From: Pirellulales bacterium
GTDB taxonomy: Bacteria > Planctomycetota > Planctomycetia > Pirellulales > JALHPA01
Direction: 5' to 3'
Length of the DNA: 64,000 bases
Assembly: GCA_963829655.1 (NCBI GenBank)
Contig: CAWHJG010000002.1
Location: 5,330,786-5,394,785 of the forward strand
A program made the position numbers and the translations under genes. Shown here piece after piece: positions 39,811-51,500 of the stretch. Within the stretch, counting starts at the first letter, position 1; every line of letters begins with the position of its first letter. Under the pieces are notes generated by a model. It made no database searches and was not told the DNA's origin. It was given only the letters and a program-made list of their open reading frames with translations.

Positions 39811-41157
39811 ATGAAACGAAGACGATTCTTGAAGACCGCGGCAGCGACGGCGTTGACATTCGGGACACTATCGAGCGCGCGGGCGTTTGGCGCGAATGAG
39901 CGGGTTCGCGTGGGCTTGATTGGTTGCGGGACTCGAGGGCGGCTGGTGGGCGGGCTGGTGAGCCGCGTTGAGGGAGCGGAGATTACGGCGCTGTGCGATC
40001 TGTATGAGCCAAACCTGGCGCGGACGCGCGAGGCGATTGCGCCGCGGGCGGAGTCATTTCGCGATTTTCGCAAGCTATTGGATCGCGAAGACATCGACGC
40101 GGTCCTCATTGCCACGCCGGACCATTGGCACGCGATACCGACGGTTATGGCGTGTGCCGCGGGGAAGGACGTGTACGTTGAGAAGCCGCTGGGGCACAAC
40201 ATTCGCGAGGGTCAGGCGATGGTGGCGGCGGCCGAGAAGCACAAGCGGATCGTGCAGACGGGGACCCAGCAGCGATCTTCACCGCACTTTGAGCAGATGC
40301 GCGAGATTATCCGGAGCGGCGAGCTGGGGAAGGTGCACTTTGTGCGGATCTGGAACTTCACGAACATGTACCCGCGGGGGATGGCCGAGCGTGTGCGTGG
40401 TTTCACGCCGAGCGACGCCGACTGGGATTTCTTCCTGGGTCCGGCGCCGATGGTTGCATATGACCCCAAACGGTTCGTGGGGACATATCGATGGTTCTTT
40501 GATTATGCGGGTGGGATTTTAACGGACTTCGGCACGCACCGGATCGACAGCATGCATCAGGTGATGGGCGTGGACGCGCCAACGGCGGTGAGCGCGTTGG
40601 GGAGCCGATTTGAAATCGACGATGGGGGTGACACGCCCGACGTGTTGCAAGTGACATACGACTATCCGGGGTTTGTCCTGAGCTACGAGGCGTGTGCGTT
40701 GAACGGGCTGGGCGCAGGCGGGCAGACGCCGGGGCGGAAGTATTATCGCGCGATGGGAGAACACGATCGGCCCAACGGGCATGCTTACTATGGGACCAAT
40801 GGAACGCTGATGGCAGATCGAATTGGGTTTGAGATCTTTCCGGAGATGGAGCCGAGCGAAGGCGAGCGTCCGCGCGAGGCGGCGCGGCAGTATCGCATGA
40901 AGCGCAAGGAGGCAGCGGCCGAAGATACGACCGATCTGCACGTGAAGAATTTCATTGAGTGTGTGCGGTCGCGGGCGAAGCCGATCGCGGACGTGACGGT
41001 TGGGCACAAGGCGTCGAACGCGTGTCATCTGGGGAACATCGCGTACCGCACGGGGCGTAAGCTGCGGTGGGACGCGAAGAACGAGCAGATCGTCGGCGAC
41101 GCGGAGGCAGCGAAGCTGCTCGGGCGCGAGGCGCGGAGGCCGTGGGACATAATTTAA
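39811..41157 (+). CDS. Gfo/Idh/MocA family oxidoreductase with a Tat signal
   Basis: MKRRRFLKTAAATALTFG, VGLIGCGTRGR, LIATPDHWHAI, DVYVEKP and HKASNACHLGNIAYRTGRKLRWDA. ORF 39253-41157 is longer only because it reads the out-of-frame tail of the previous gene. Confidence 0.9.
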   Translation: MKRRRFLKTAAATALTFGTLSSARAFGANERVRVGLIGCGTRGRLVGGLVSRVEGAEITALCDLYEPNLARTREAIAPRAESFRDFRKLLDREDIDAVLIATPDHWHAIPTVMACAAGKDVYVEKPLGHNIREGQAMVAAAEKHKRIVQTGTQQRSSPHFEQMREIIRSGELGKVHFVRIWNFTNMYPRGMAERVRGFTPSDADWDFFLGPAPMVAYDPKRFVGTYRWFFDYAGGILTDFGTHRIDSMHQVMGVDAPTAVSALGSRFEIDDGGDTPDVLQVTYDYPGFVLSYEACALNGLGAGGQTPGRKYYRAMGEHDRPNGHAYYGTNGTLMADRIGFEIFPEMEPSEGERPREAARQYRMKRKEAAAEDTTDLHVKNFIECVRSRAKPIADVTVGHKASNACHLGNIAYRTGRKLRWDAKNEQIVGDAEAAKLLGREARRPWDII

Positions 41158-41170
41158 CGTTCGGCCGATT

Positions 41171-42239
41171 ATGAAAACAGAAATAAACCGGCGCGAGGCA
41201 ATTGCTGTGATCGGCGGCGGGGCGATTGCGTGCTTGCGTCGAGGCGTGCAGCGGCCTCTGAAGCGCCGAAGACGCGGTTGGGGATCGGGATGCATTCGTT
41301 CGGACTGCACTGGTCGATGGCCAGACGGAGCACGGAACAGGCGCCGTTTAGTGACGCGCTTGGGTTTCTCGATTTTTGTCACGGTCTGGGCGCGGCGGGG
41401 ATCCAAGTGGCGATGGGGGCGGATGTGGAATCGCGCGGGTCCACCGCGAGAAGGCTGAGAAGTATGGGATGTATTTGGAAGGGCAAACGTCGCTGCCGAG
41501 GGATGAGGCGGACGTTGATCGATTTGACGCCGATCTTCGAGCGGTGAAGACAGCGGGGGCGACCGTCGTTCGCACAGCGATGCTCAGCGGCAGGCGATAC
41601 GAGACGTTTGATTCGCTCGAGAAGTTCAAGGAGTTTGCGGAGCGGTCATGGCGCTCGTTGGTGCTGGCCGAACCGGTCGTGAGAAAGCAAGGTTTGAAGC
41701 TGGCGGTCGAGAATCACAAAGACTGGCTCGTGCCGGAACTAGTGTCGATGCTCAAGCGGATCGAGAGCGAATATGTGGGGGTGTGTATTGATACGGGAAA
41801 CAGCATTGCGCTTTTGGAAGATCCAATGGCAGTGGTAGAAGCATACGCTCCGTATGCGGTATCGACGCATTTGAAGGACATGGAGGTAAGCGAGTACGAG
41901 GACGGTTTTCTCTTGTCGGAGGTGCCGTTGGGAACGGGATATTTGGATTTGAAGAAGATGATCGAGACATGCCGGCGCGGTAATCAAAAGGTCCAGTTCA
42001 ATTTGGAAATGATCACGCGCGATCCGCTGCGAATTCCCTGTCGCACCGAAAAATTCTGGGCGACGTTCCCCGGGAGGCGCGGGGCACTTTTAGAGGAGGC
42101 TTTGACTGCGGTCAAAAAACGATCGTCGAAGCTGGAATTGCCCGTGCTGACAGGAATGTCCGACAAGGCAAAAGCCAGGAAAGAGGTGGACAACGTTCGT
42201 GAGTGTTTGGCCTATGCGCCGCAACAACTTGGGTTGTGA
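41171..42239 (+). CDS. Sugar-phosphate isomerase/epimerase (xylose-isomerase-like TIM barrel) with a Tat-like N-terminus; 2 frameshifts
   Basis: INRREAIAVIGGGA, then RLGIGMHSFG...FLDFCHGLGAAGIQ, then LKLAVENHKDW...VCIDTGNSIAL...VSTHLKD. Confidence 0.8.
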
Positions 42240-42529
42240 GCGGAGTCTTCTGCCGAAAATCGGTCGGCAAGCTGCTATTTCGTTGTTGGACTATCGGTCT
42301 GTGTGATAAACTGTGCTGCGTTTTTCAGTCGTCGTCCGTGAGTTGGTCGGACGGCAAAACGGGATCGTTTTCGGTTCCGCGGCTGATGATTGTTGCGCGA
42401 ACGCGAAGGGCACAGTTTCTAGGATAGGGTCAGAGCTGCTCGGTCGTCGATCAGGCATTCAGCGAGGGCCAGCAGCGGGTCTCTTGGGTTGCATCACGGA
42501 TTGATCGACCGATACCGGGAGTTTCTTCT

Positions 42530-45500
42530 ATGGCCATGCTGCAAGCGCGCCGTCTGGCGCTGCGCCGACCGCGATTTCGTTTTGAGATTCTTGAGGATCG
42601 GACGCTGCTTGCGGCGTCGATCATTCGACCGGGGATTCCGGACTGGACCGAGCGGGGTCCTGGGCCGATTCAGAACGGGCAGGTCGAAGGGTTGACGAAC
42701 AACCCGGTGACCGGCGCAATCGAAGCGATCGCTGCTCATCCGACCAATGCGAATATCGTTTACATCGGCGCGACGAACGGCGGCGTGTGGAAAACGAGCA
42801 ACGCGACGGCGGCCAGTCCGGGCTGGACGACGACGATGGACCAGTATCCAACGTTGTCGATTTCGGCGCTGGCGATCAGCCCGTTGAATGCGAACACGGT
42901 TTATGCGGGGACCGGGCGAAGCAGCAGCGGGTTTCAGGGGGGCGGTGGATTTGGGCTGCTGAAGACCACCGACGGCGGCGACAATTGGACTCAGCTTGGC
43001 CGCGACACGTTTGATGGGATGCGGATCCGGACGATCATCCCGACGGTGAACGACGCCACATCTGGCCAGCAAATTGTGCTGGTGGCGGCGGAAGACACGA
43101 ACATTGGCGACGGCAACGATCGCGGCGGCGTGTTTCGCAGCGTGAACGGGGGCGTGGATTGGACGCGAGTGAATGGCAGCGGGATGTTGCCGCTGGGAAG
43201 CGCAACGCATCTGGCTATCGATCCGGCCGACACGACGATCATCTACGCGGCGCTGGCGGGCAACTATGATCTGAACAGCGACGGGATCGACAACGAAGGA
43301 CCGGCGCAAGCGTGGAGCAACAAAGGCGTCTACCGCAGCAACGACCGCGGCATGACGTGGACGAACGTGAGCGCGGGGATCGTGCTGCCGGCTGATACCG
43401 ACACTGTGGACAACGACGGCGATGGTTTGATCGACGTCCACGACCCGCGAGAGGGTTTGCAGATTTCCACGAAGATCGAGTTGTCGGTTAGCGCGGCGGC
43501 GGGGAGTCCGATATACGCGCTGGCAATTCAGGGGTCGGCCCTGCGGGGAGTGTTTCGCGGAACGAACAGCGGCGCGAATTGGACGTCGATCTCGAATCTG
43601 CCGGCGCTTGCACAGGGGACGTTGCACGTGTCGATGCTGGCGCATCGCACGAACGCAGATGTGTTCTACTTTGGCGGGGATGTATTTTCTGGCGGGCCGC
43701 CATGGGTGGGCGACATCTATCAGGTCACCGCCTCGACAAATACCTGGACGCCCTTCGTAATGGGTGGGGCCAACGGGTCGGCGCCGCACGCCGACTCGCG
43801 CGAGATGGTGTTTGACGCGAACGGAGATTTGCTGGAGGCCGACGACGGGGGACTGTATCGATTGGAAAACGCCGGGACGGCCGGCACGCGGCATTGGGAA
43901 AGCGTGAACGGCAACCTGCGGATCAACGAGCAAAACTCGATTGCTTATGACTCGTTGAGCGGAATTCTGTTTACTGGGAACCAAGACACGGGCAGCTCGG
44001 AACAGATTAGTTTTGGCAACACGACGTGGCGGCAGGTGAATCGTGGCATTGTCAGCGGCAACGGCACGGGTTCGCCGGTGAGCCGCTATATGCAGGGGGA
44101 CGGCAACTTCTCTCAGCAGGTGGATAACACGGTCGCCGGGACATCGCTGCGGTATTCGATGTCGAACAATTTTTCGGGCTTCTATCGGCGTTCGTTCAAC
44201 AGTTCGAACGTGCAACAGGATTTGCGGCCTGATGCAGGCGAGCCGGCCGGACAGGACATGCTAGACCAGCAAGTGATGCTGGCGGCCGCCGCCACGCCTG
44301 GGACGGCGCGAGCGGGCTGAATGCGGCCGATCAGGCGTTTGCCAACTTCGACCGCATTCCTTTTGTGCTCAACGCGACCGATCCGACGCGCATGCTGATC
44401 GGTTACAACGGGCTATATGAGGGCACGAATCGCGGCGATCTGATCACCGAGATTCCGGTTGTTGCAGCAGACGGGACCAGAAGGGTCACGGCGCTGGCAT
44501 ATGGCGGGCGGGAACTGAATACGACGACGCCCGATCCAAACGACACCATCGCAAAGTATGAGGTGTATTACGCGGCGCGTGGCAACGTGATCACCGTGCG
44601 CGCGTCGCTCAATGCGGCGGATCCGTTGCAATTCCGCCGCACGACGCCGAGCGGGGCGGCGACGATCACGGATATCAAGCTTGATCCATCGAACTGGCAG
44701 ATCGCGTACGCGGTAGACGCCACGCATTTATATAAGACGGTAGACGGCGGGCAGACCTGGGACGACGTGAGCGGCTTCTTGCCGATCCGCGAATTGCGGA
44801 CGCTGGAGCTGTATAAGACGGCAGCCGGCGATCACGTGGTGTTAGTCGGCGGCCAAGGCGGTGTTTATCGCACGACGAATCCAAACTTCCTCAGCACATG
44901 GACGGAGTTTGGCGCGGGGCTGCCGAACGTGCTGGTGACGGAGGTCGAGTACAACGCTCCGGCGAATCTGTTGTACGTGGCCACGTTTGGCCGAGGCGCG
45001 TGGACAATCTCGAACGCCAGCGCCGCGTTGAACCAGGCCAGCAAGCTGGAGATCAACGGAGACGGGGCGGCCGACACGGTGCGCCTGGTGCGAAACGCGA
45101 ACAACCCTCTAATGGTGGATGTTTTCGTGAACAACGCTGGGGTGAACCCTACGTTGCGGATTGCGATGCCCACGATGGAGCAGATTATCTTCCGCGGGGG
45201 CGGGGGGGACGACACGTTAACCATTGATACCACCAACGGCGTGATCGAACTGCCGCTGGACATCACGTTTGAAGGTGACGCAAACACCGACCACCTGATC
45301 ATCAACGGGCCGGCAATCAACTTTGGGACGTTTGGCCCGGACGGAGACGGATTCACGGTCACTGTCGCGGCGTCGGGGGAGGACAATCAGACCGTTAAGT
45401 ATCGCAACGTAGAGGATGTGCAGAACAGTTTGCTGGGAACGATCGATCGCCTGATCACCGTGGGCAGCGGATTGAACGCGATGACCAGCAGCCTGAATAC

Positions 45501-48500
45501 GTCGGACGCGCTGGCGCTCAACTTTCCCGCCTTGGGATCATCGTTGGGCCGAGCACTCGCGGGCGAGCCGGTGGTTCAGCCCGATCCCACGGGTACGCGC
45601 AGCGACATTGCAGTGTTTCGCACACTGCGCGCGGAAGGCAGCGACATCATCCGGCGGATGATCGAGGACGGGTTGGGGGGATTCTCGATTCAGGACATCG
45701 GCTCGAAGATTGCGAGCGCCGATGCGCTGCGCGAGAAGCTGGATGCACTGGACAGCACGCCGAACAACGTGGTGTTTACCGATATCAACGGCGTGACACG
45801 ATTTGACGTGGAAGTGCGTAAGTCGTTGTCGGGCGATGCAGACTTGGAATTGAGCGCTCTGGACGGGGCAGTCTCGTTGGGCGGCGTGGTGCGAGCGGCG
45901 GCCGACCTGGTCATGCACGTGGTGTTCGGTGTGGATGACAAAGGATTCTTTATCGAGGCCAGTGCGGCGGGCGAGCCGCTGGTCAGCGTCGAGAATGTGC
46001 GGATCAGCGGCAACGTGCAGGGGACCGGCAAATTCGGTTTCCTGGAAGTCACTGTTGAAGACGCGACGCTGACGGTTGACCCGGATGTTCGCATCAACGT
46101 GCAGTTGACGGAACCGGGGGTTGACCCGCACACCGGCGTGACGGATGGGCTCATACGGCTGTATGAGCTGCGGAGTGTGAGCGAGTTGTTCGACGTGACC
46201 GTCACTGGCGACCCGACGGTGGATGACGTTGTGCTGAACGTTACGGCCGAAGTGGCGGCATTGCTGCCCAGTGGCATTCCGCCGTTTACGCTGGGCAACG
46301 CGCAGGTGACCGCGCGGTGGGCCGATGTGACCGATCCAGCGACACTGACAGTCACGGCTAGCGCCGGACCCGGGCAGGAGCTGTTGAATTTCCTGGAAGC
46401 GACGACGACGCAGATTGTCAGCGGGATCAGCAACCTGGCGGCGTTCACCAACCAGATCGCGGGCATCGACTTGATGGCGGTGAAGATACCGCTGGTGGAC
46501 AAGACCCTCGGCGAGATCCTGGGCGGGACGGCGGACGAGCTGGCGATCAACAACGCCTCGGTCGTCGATATTTCGCCCGAGAGCATTCAGGAGACATACA
46601 AGAAGTTTACGGTCACGTTGTCGGAGATAAACCTCCAGGAGCTGTCGGTTGCGATCGGCGATGAAGTCCTCTACCAGGATACGACAAACACGGCGCGGAC
46701 CGCGACGGTGGATAGCGTGGACGGCGGTAAGCTGGCGCGTGCGCTACCCGAGCGCCAATCCGACGCAACGCCCGCACGCGACGGCGCCCAACTTCAAGGT
46801 GCAGCGAGGCGGATCGCTGGAGCGGCAGTTGCGATCGATTCTGGGCAAATTCGCGAACCCAGTGACGGTGACGCAGGAGATCCCGACGCTGCAAAGCCTG
46901 GTAAGGGCGTTGGCCGACCAGATCGGCGTGGACGTTTCCGCGATCGGCCTGACGGTGAGCGGCACGGGGGCGAACCGCGTGATCGAGATCACGCCGGTGT
47001 TCGATCTTGACCCAATTACGTTCAGCCACACGCTGAATTTTGGCGCGGGAATTCCTGGTTTGAGTTTTGCGGCGACGGGCAATTTCGATTTCACGATCGA
47101 TCCGACGTTCCGGCTGCCGCTGGGGCTGCGGATCGGTCCGGGGCTGGATTTTCAAGACCGATTCTACGTGCGGGCCGACGGGCCGGCGAACAAGGAGATA
47201 TCGCTGGCGGTTACAGCGCAGCTCAACGATCCGAACCTGACGGCGACGATTGGCTTTTTGGACGTGCGGATGACCGAGGATTCGGCGGTGACGCCGAACG
47301 ATGGGATCACGATCACGGCGAACATTGGCGTGGATTTGACCGACCCGGGGACCGCGGCGCGGACAATCGGATTCTGTTCGAGGAGTTCCTGGGGCCGAAC
47401 CCGCTGAACTTGTTCGATGTGTCGATCGACGGAGTGTTCGACATCGACGGGCTGAAAGTGTCGGCCGATGTCGGGAGCTCGACGCTTGGCTCGATCCTGA
47501 TTTCGCTGGATGGGGAGAGCGGACCCGCGGCGCCGGGGCATATCACGAGTCTGTCGCAGCTTCAGAACCTGGCGTCGGCGATTCAGATCACCGGCGAAGA
47601 GAGCTTTTTGGATTTCAACAACATCACGCCGGAAGTGATCATTCAGATGATCTCGGCGCTGATCGACCGGTTGCAGGCGCTCGACAACGGCGGCGTGTTC
47701 GACACCAAGATTCCAATCATCAACAAGAAGCTAGGGGAGATCGTCGATCTGCGCAGGGGCTGGCGGATAAGTTCGGTGATACGAGCGGGGTGCAGGGCGC
47801 TCTCGTTTCGTCGGCCAAAAAGCTGGAGACCTGGCTCAACAGCAAGCTCACGCCGGTCACGGTCACCGTTACGGTTGCGAACGGGCAGATCCTGTTTGCC
47901 TTTGGCTACAGCAAGACATTCGCAAAAACATTCCCGCTGTCGTTCGATGTGGGCGCGCTGGGCGGGCTGGTGGCAACATCGGGGACGGCGAACTTGAACG
48001 TTGCGGCCAGTGCGCAGGTAAACCTCGGGTTGGGGATCAGCACGGCGCCGGGCTTGCCGATGTTGGATCGAGTGTTTTTCGACGCGACCAGCCCGAGCGA
48101 AATCACGGTAAGCGGCACGGCGAACATCGGCTACGACCTGGACAACGATGGCAACACGACGGACTCCAACGAATCGGCGGCGGCGAATTTTGGGGCGAGT
48201 GTCGGCCCTGTGACGATCCAGGCGCGAAACGTGCGCGGGCTGATCGACCTGGGTTTGTCGGGGGATATTAAGGCGGGCGCGAACAACGACGGCAAGCTGA
48301 CTTTGCAGGAGATTGTGACCAATGCGTCGGCCGGGACGTTCGGCAACATCATCGGCGGGTCGTTCACCGGCAACGTGCAAGCGCGAATTCCGCTGGACGG
48401 CAACAACAATGGGAATGTCTCGAACGATCCGGCCACGTTGGAACCGAGCGACGCGATCGTGCTGGTGGCTGGCCGACTGTTGAACCTGGGCAATATTCAG

Positions 48501-51500
48501 TTCGACACGGTGACGCCGCCGGTGAACACCGGAAACGCGAGCGTGGCCGGTGGAACGCCGGGCATCGACGATCCGCTGACCAGCTCTCAACTAGACACGC
48601 TGGGTAATGCATTTGCGATCAAAACTTACAATCTCGCCGGACTGGCGCAGAGTGCATTGAATTTTGGCGATCTGTGGACCGGGATCGACAAGCTGCTGGC
48701 GATCTTGCAGTCGGCGTTGAGCAATAAGGTGCTCTCGCAGAAGCTGCCGTTCTTGGGCGACAAGCTGAAGAACACAGTGGATTTTCTGGTCGATATTAAG
48801 ACGAAGTTGAATGGGGCCTCGTCCAGCACTTACGACACGGTGCGACAAACGCTGTTTAACCTGCTGGGTCCGGGCGCCGGCGGCCTGAACATCATCAAGG
48901 ACCAGAACTCGTCGGGCACCATCACGATTGAGGACATTGGCGGCACCAACAACGCACCGAACGAAATCAGCTTCGACTTGGACTTGGGAGGGACGCTGCT
49001 GAGCACCGACTTGCCGATCGATTTCGATATCGGCATTCCGGGACTTGGCCTGACGGTGCGTCCGCCGTCCGCGGTGAACGTGACGCTGGCGTGGACGTTC
49101 GATCTGAATGTTGGTCTCAGCCGCACAGACGGCTTTTACTATGTCACGTCCGACACAGAAGAGTTCGACCTCGATCTGTTAGTCTCGATCCCGGGGTTCA
49201 ACGCGGAAGGGCGCTTGGGATTTTTACAGTTGGATGTGACCGACGATCTGGCTTCGCCGTCGAACTTCAACTTAGGCTTTTCGGTCGATGTGAAGGACCC
49301 GATCGGCACGAATAATCGTATTTCGACAAGCGAGATCGCGCAGATCTTCAGCAACCTCGCTTCGTACAACCTGTCGCAGATTCTGGGGGCCAAGGCGACC
49401 GGCGTTGCTCATGTGAACCTGGACATCAACGTGAACTTCGGCTCGGCGAGCTTCCCGTCGCTGTTGGCCGATTTCATGCTCGACTGGAACTTCCTGAATG
49501 CGAGCACGGACGCGGGGGCGCTCGACTTCGGCAGCGCGCCGCAAGTAGCGTTTAAGAACATCCGGCTGGATGTGGGCAGCTACTTCGACAAGATGATTCG
49601 GCCGATACTCGATACGGTGTGCGATGTTCTGGAACCGATCCGGCCGATCATCGATATCTTTACGACGCGGCTGCCAGTGCTCAGCGATATCGCGCCGCGC
49701 GGGCGATTGTGGATACCAACGGCGACGGCAGCGTCACGCTCTTGGAGTTGGCGCAGAAGTTCAACAGCCCGTATGTGGGATTCATCGAGGCGGCAGTCTT
49801 CGTGGCACAGCTTTGCGATCAGATCGACGGCATCGGCTCGGGCAACGTTTACATCCAATTGGGGGACTACGATCTAGGCGGCACCGATCCGCGGTCGGTC
49901 GGCAGCCTGACTACGGTGACGCCGCGACTGACCAGCGCGGTGGCAGATACGCTCGCACAATTGGAAGCATTGACGGGCGAGTTCGCCGACGATGCGTACG
50001 CGTTCTTGCAGGACGTGGCTGGCATGCCGGGCGAAGGGGCCGCCAAACCAATCAGCTTCCCGCTGTTTGAGAACCCGGCGTCGGCGGTCAATTTGCTGTT
50101 CGGACGGGACATCAATTTGTTCCTGTTCGACATGCCGCCGCTGAAGTACGACCTCGTGATGGAGATTTTCTTCCCGTTGCTTGGCCCCTTGGGCATCCAG
50201 TTGGTCGGCGAGCTGCACGCATTTGCGGACTTTGCTTTCGGCATGGACACGCGCGGGCTGCGGCAAGTAATCGATACCGGCGATTTCAGCAAAGTGTTTA
50301 ACGGGTTTTTCGTGAGCGATCGGAAGAACGCGGACGGCACCGGACCGGATGTTCCCGAGATGGGGTTGACCGGAAGCATCGATGCCTACGGCGCGATCGA
50401 CTTGGTGGTAGCGTCGGCTGGCGTCGGTGGCGGACTCGCGGCGGAGGTGTACGCGAACCTGCTCGATCCCGATCCGGACGGACCCGGCGGTCCGTTGCAG
50501 CCGGACGGGAAGGTCCACTTCGATGAGATCCTCGAAAACTTCCCCGAATGCGTGTTTGAGTTCACCGGCAAGTTTACGGCGGGGCTGAGCGCGGATCAGC
50601 GTGGGCGTGTGGCCGCTCAAGAAAACGTGGAAGTTCAAGATCGCGGAAGTGACGCTGCTCGACTTCACTTATTCCTGTGTTGACCCGCCGACGCCGCCGG
50701 TGCTGGCGACGAAGACCGATTTCGACACGCTGCGATTGAACATGGGTCCGAATGCGGATGCTCGCGGGCCCGGCCATGGCAGCGGCGGCGACGATGAGAA
50801 GTTCGACGTGCGGCAGAAGTTGGACGATGTCGGCAACCCGGTGCCTGGCATGGTCACCGTGCAGTGGAAGCATTACATCCAGGAATTCAGCGGCGTCGCT
50901 GATATTTTTGCCGACGGCGGCGGTGGCAACGATGAGATATTGATCGCGCAGGACCTGCCGGTGACGAGCAACATGTTCGGCGGCAGCGGTGACGACACGA
51001 TGGTGGCCGGCGGATTGGCGGCGACGCTGCGCGGCCAGGACGGCAATGACACGATCACCGGCAGCCCGCAGAACGATTTTATCTATGGCGACGATCACGA
51101 CGATTTGTTGATCGGCGGCCCGGGGGCGGACCGAATCGAAGGCGGGGCGGGCAACGATGAGCTGCAAGGGCACGCCGGCGCCGACCTGTTATTTGGCCAA
51201 GCGGGGAACGACGCGTTGATCGGCGGGGAAGAAAACGATTTCATGGTCGGCGGCGCACCGAACGAAGCCGGCGAGGACAAGGACGAGCTGTTGGGCGACG
51301 CTGGGAACGACACGATGTTGGGCGGGGCGGACGACGACGTGATCGAGGGGAGCGAGGGAGACGACCAACTCTACGGCGAAGCCGGCAACGACTTTATGCA
51401 GGGGGACGCCGGCAGCGACACGCTCGAAGGCGGATTCGACCATGACAATATTGCCGGCGGAGATGGAGTTGACACTCTGCGCGGTGGCGGCGGCAATGAT

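Noticed and set aside
39253-41157. 634-aa ORF suggesting a fused or extended oxidoreductase.
   Set aside because: The first ~186 codons are an out-of-frame read of the 3' end of the previous Gfo/Idh/MocA gene. A clean Tat-signal start (MKRRRFLKTAAA) lies at 39811.
42494-44215. 573-aa minus-strand ORF, with similar long antisense ORFs at 5519-6439, 32480-34108, 49874-50668, 52420-53319, 55316-56545, 57984-58862 and 60892-61704.
   Set aside because: All lie antisense to strongly supported plus-strand genes. They are Arg/Pro/His-rich with no recognisable motifs. This is the typical stop-codon-poor shadow frame of GC-rich DNA.
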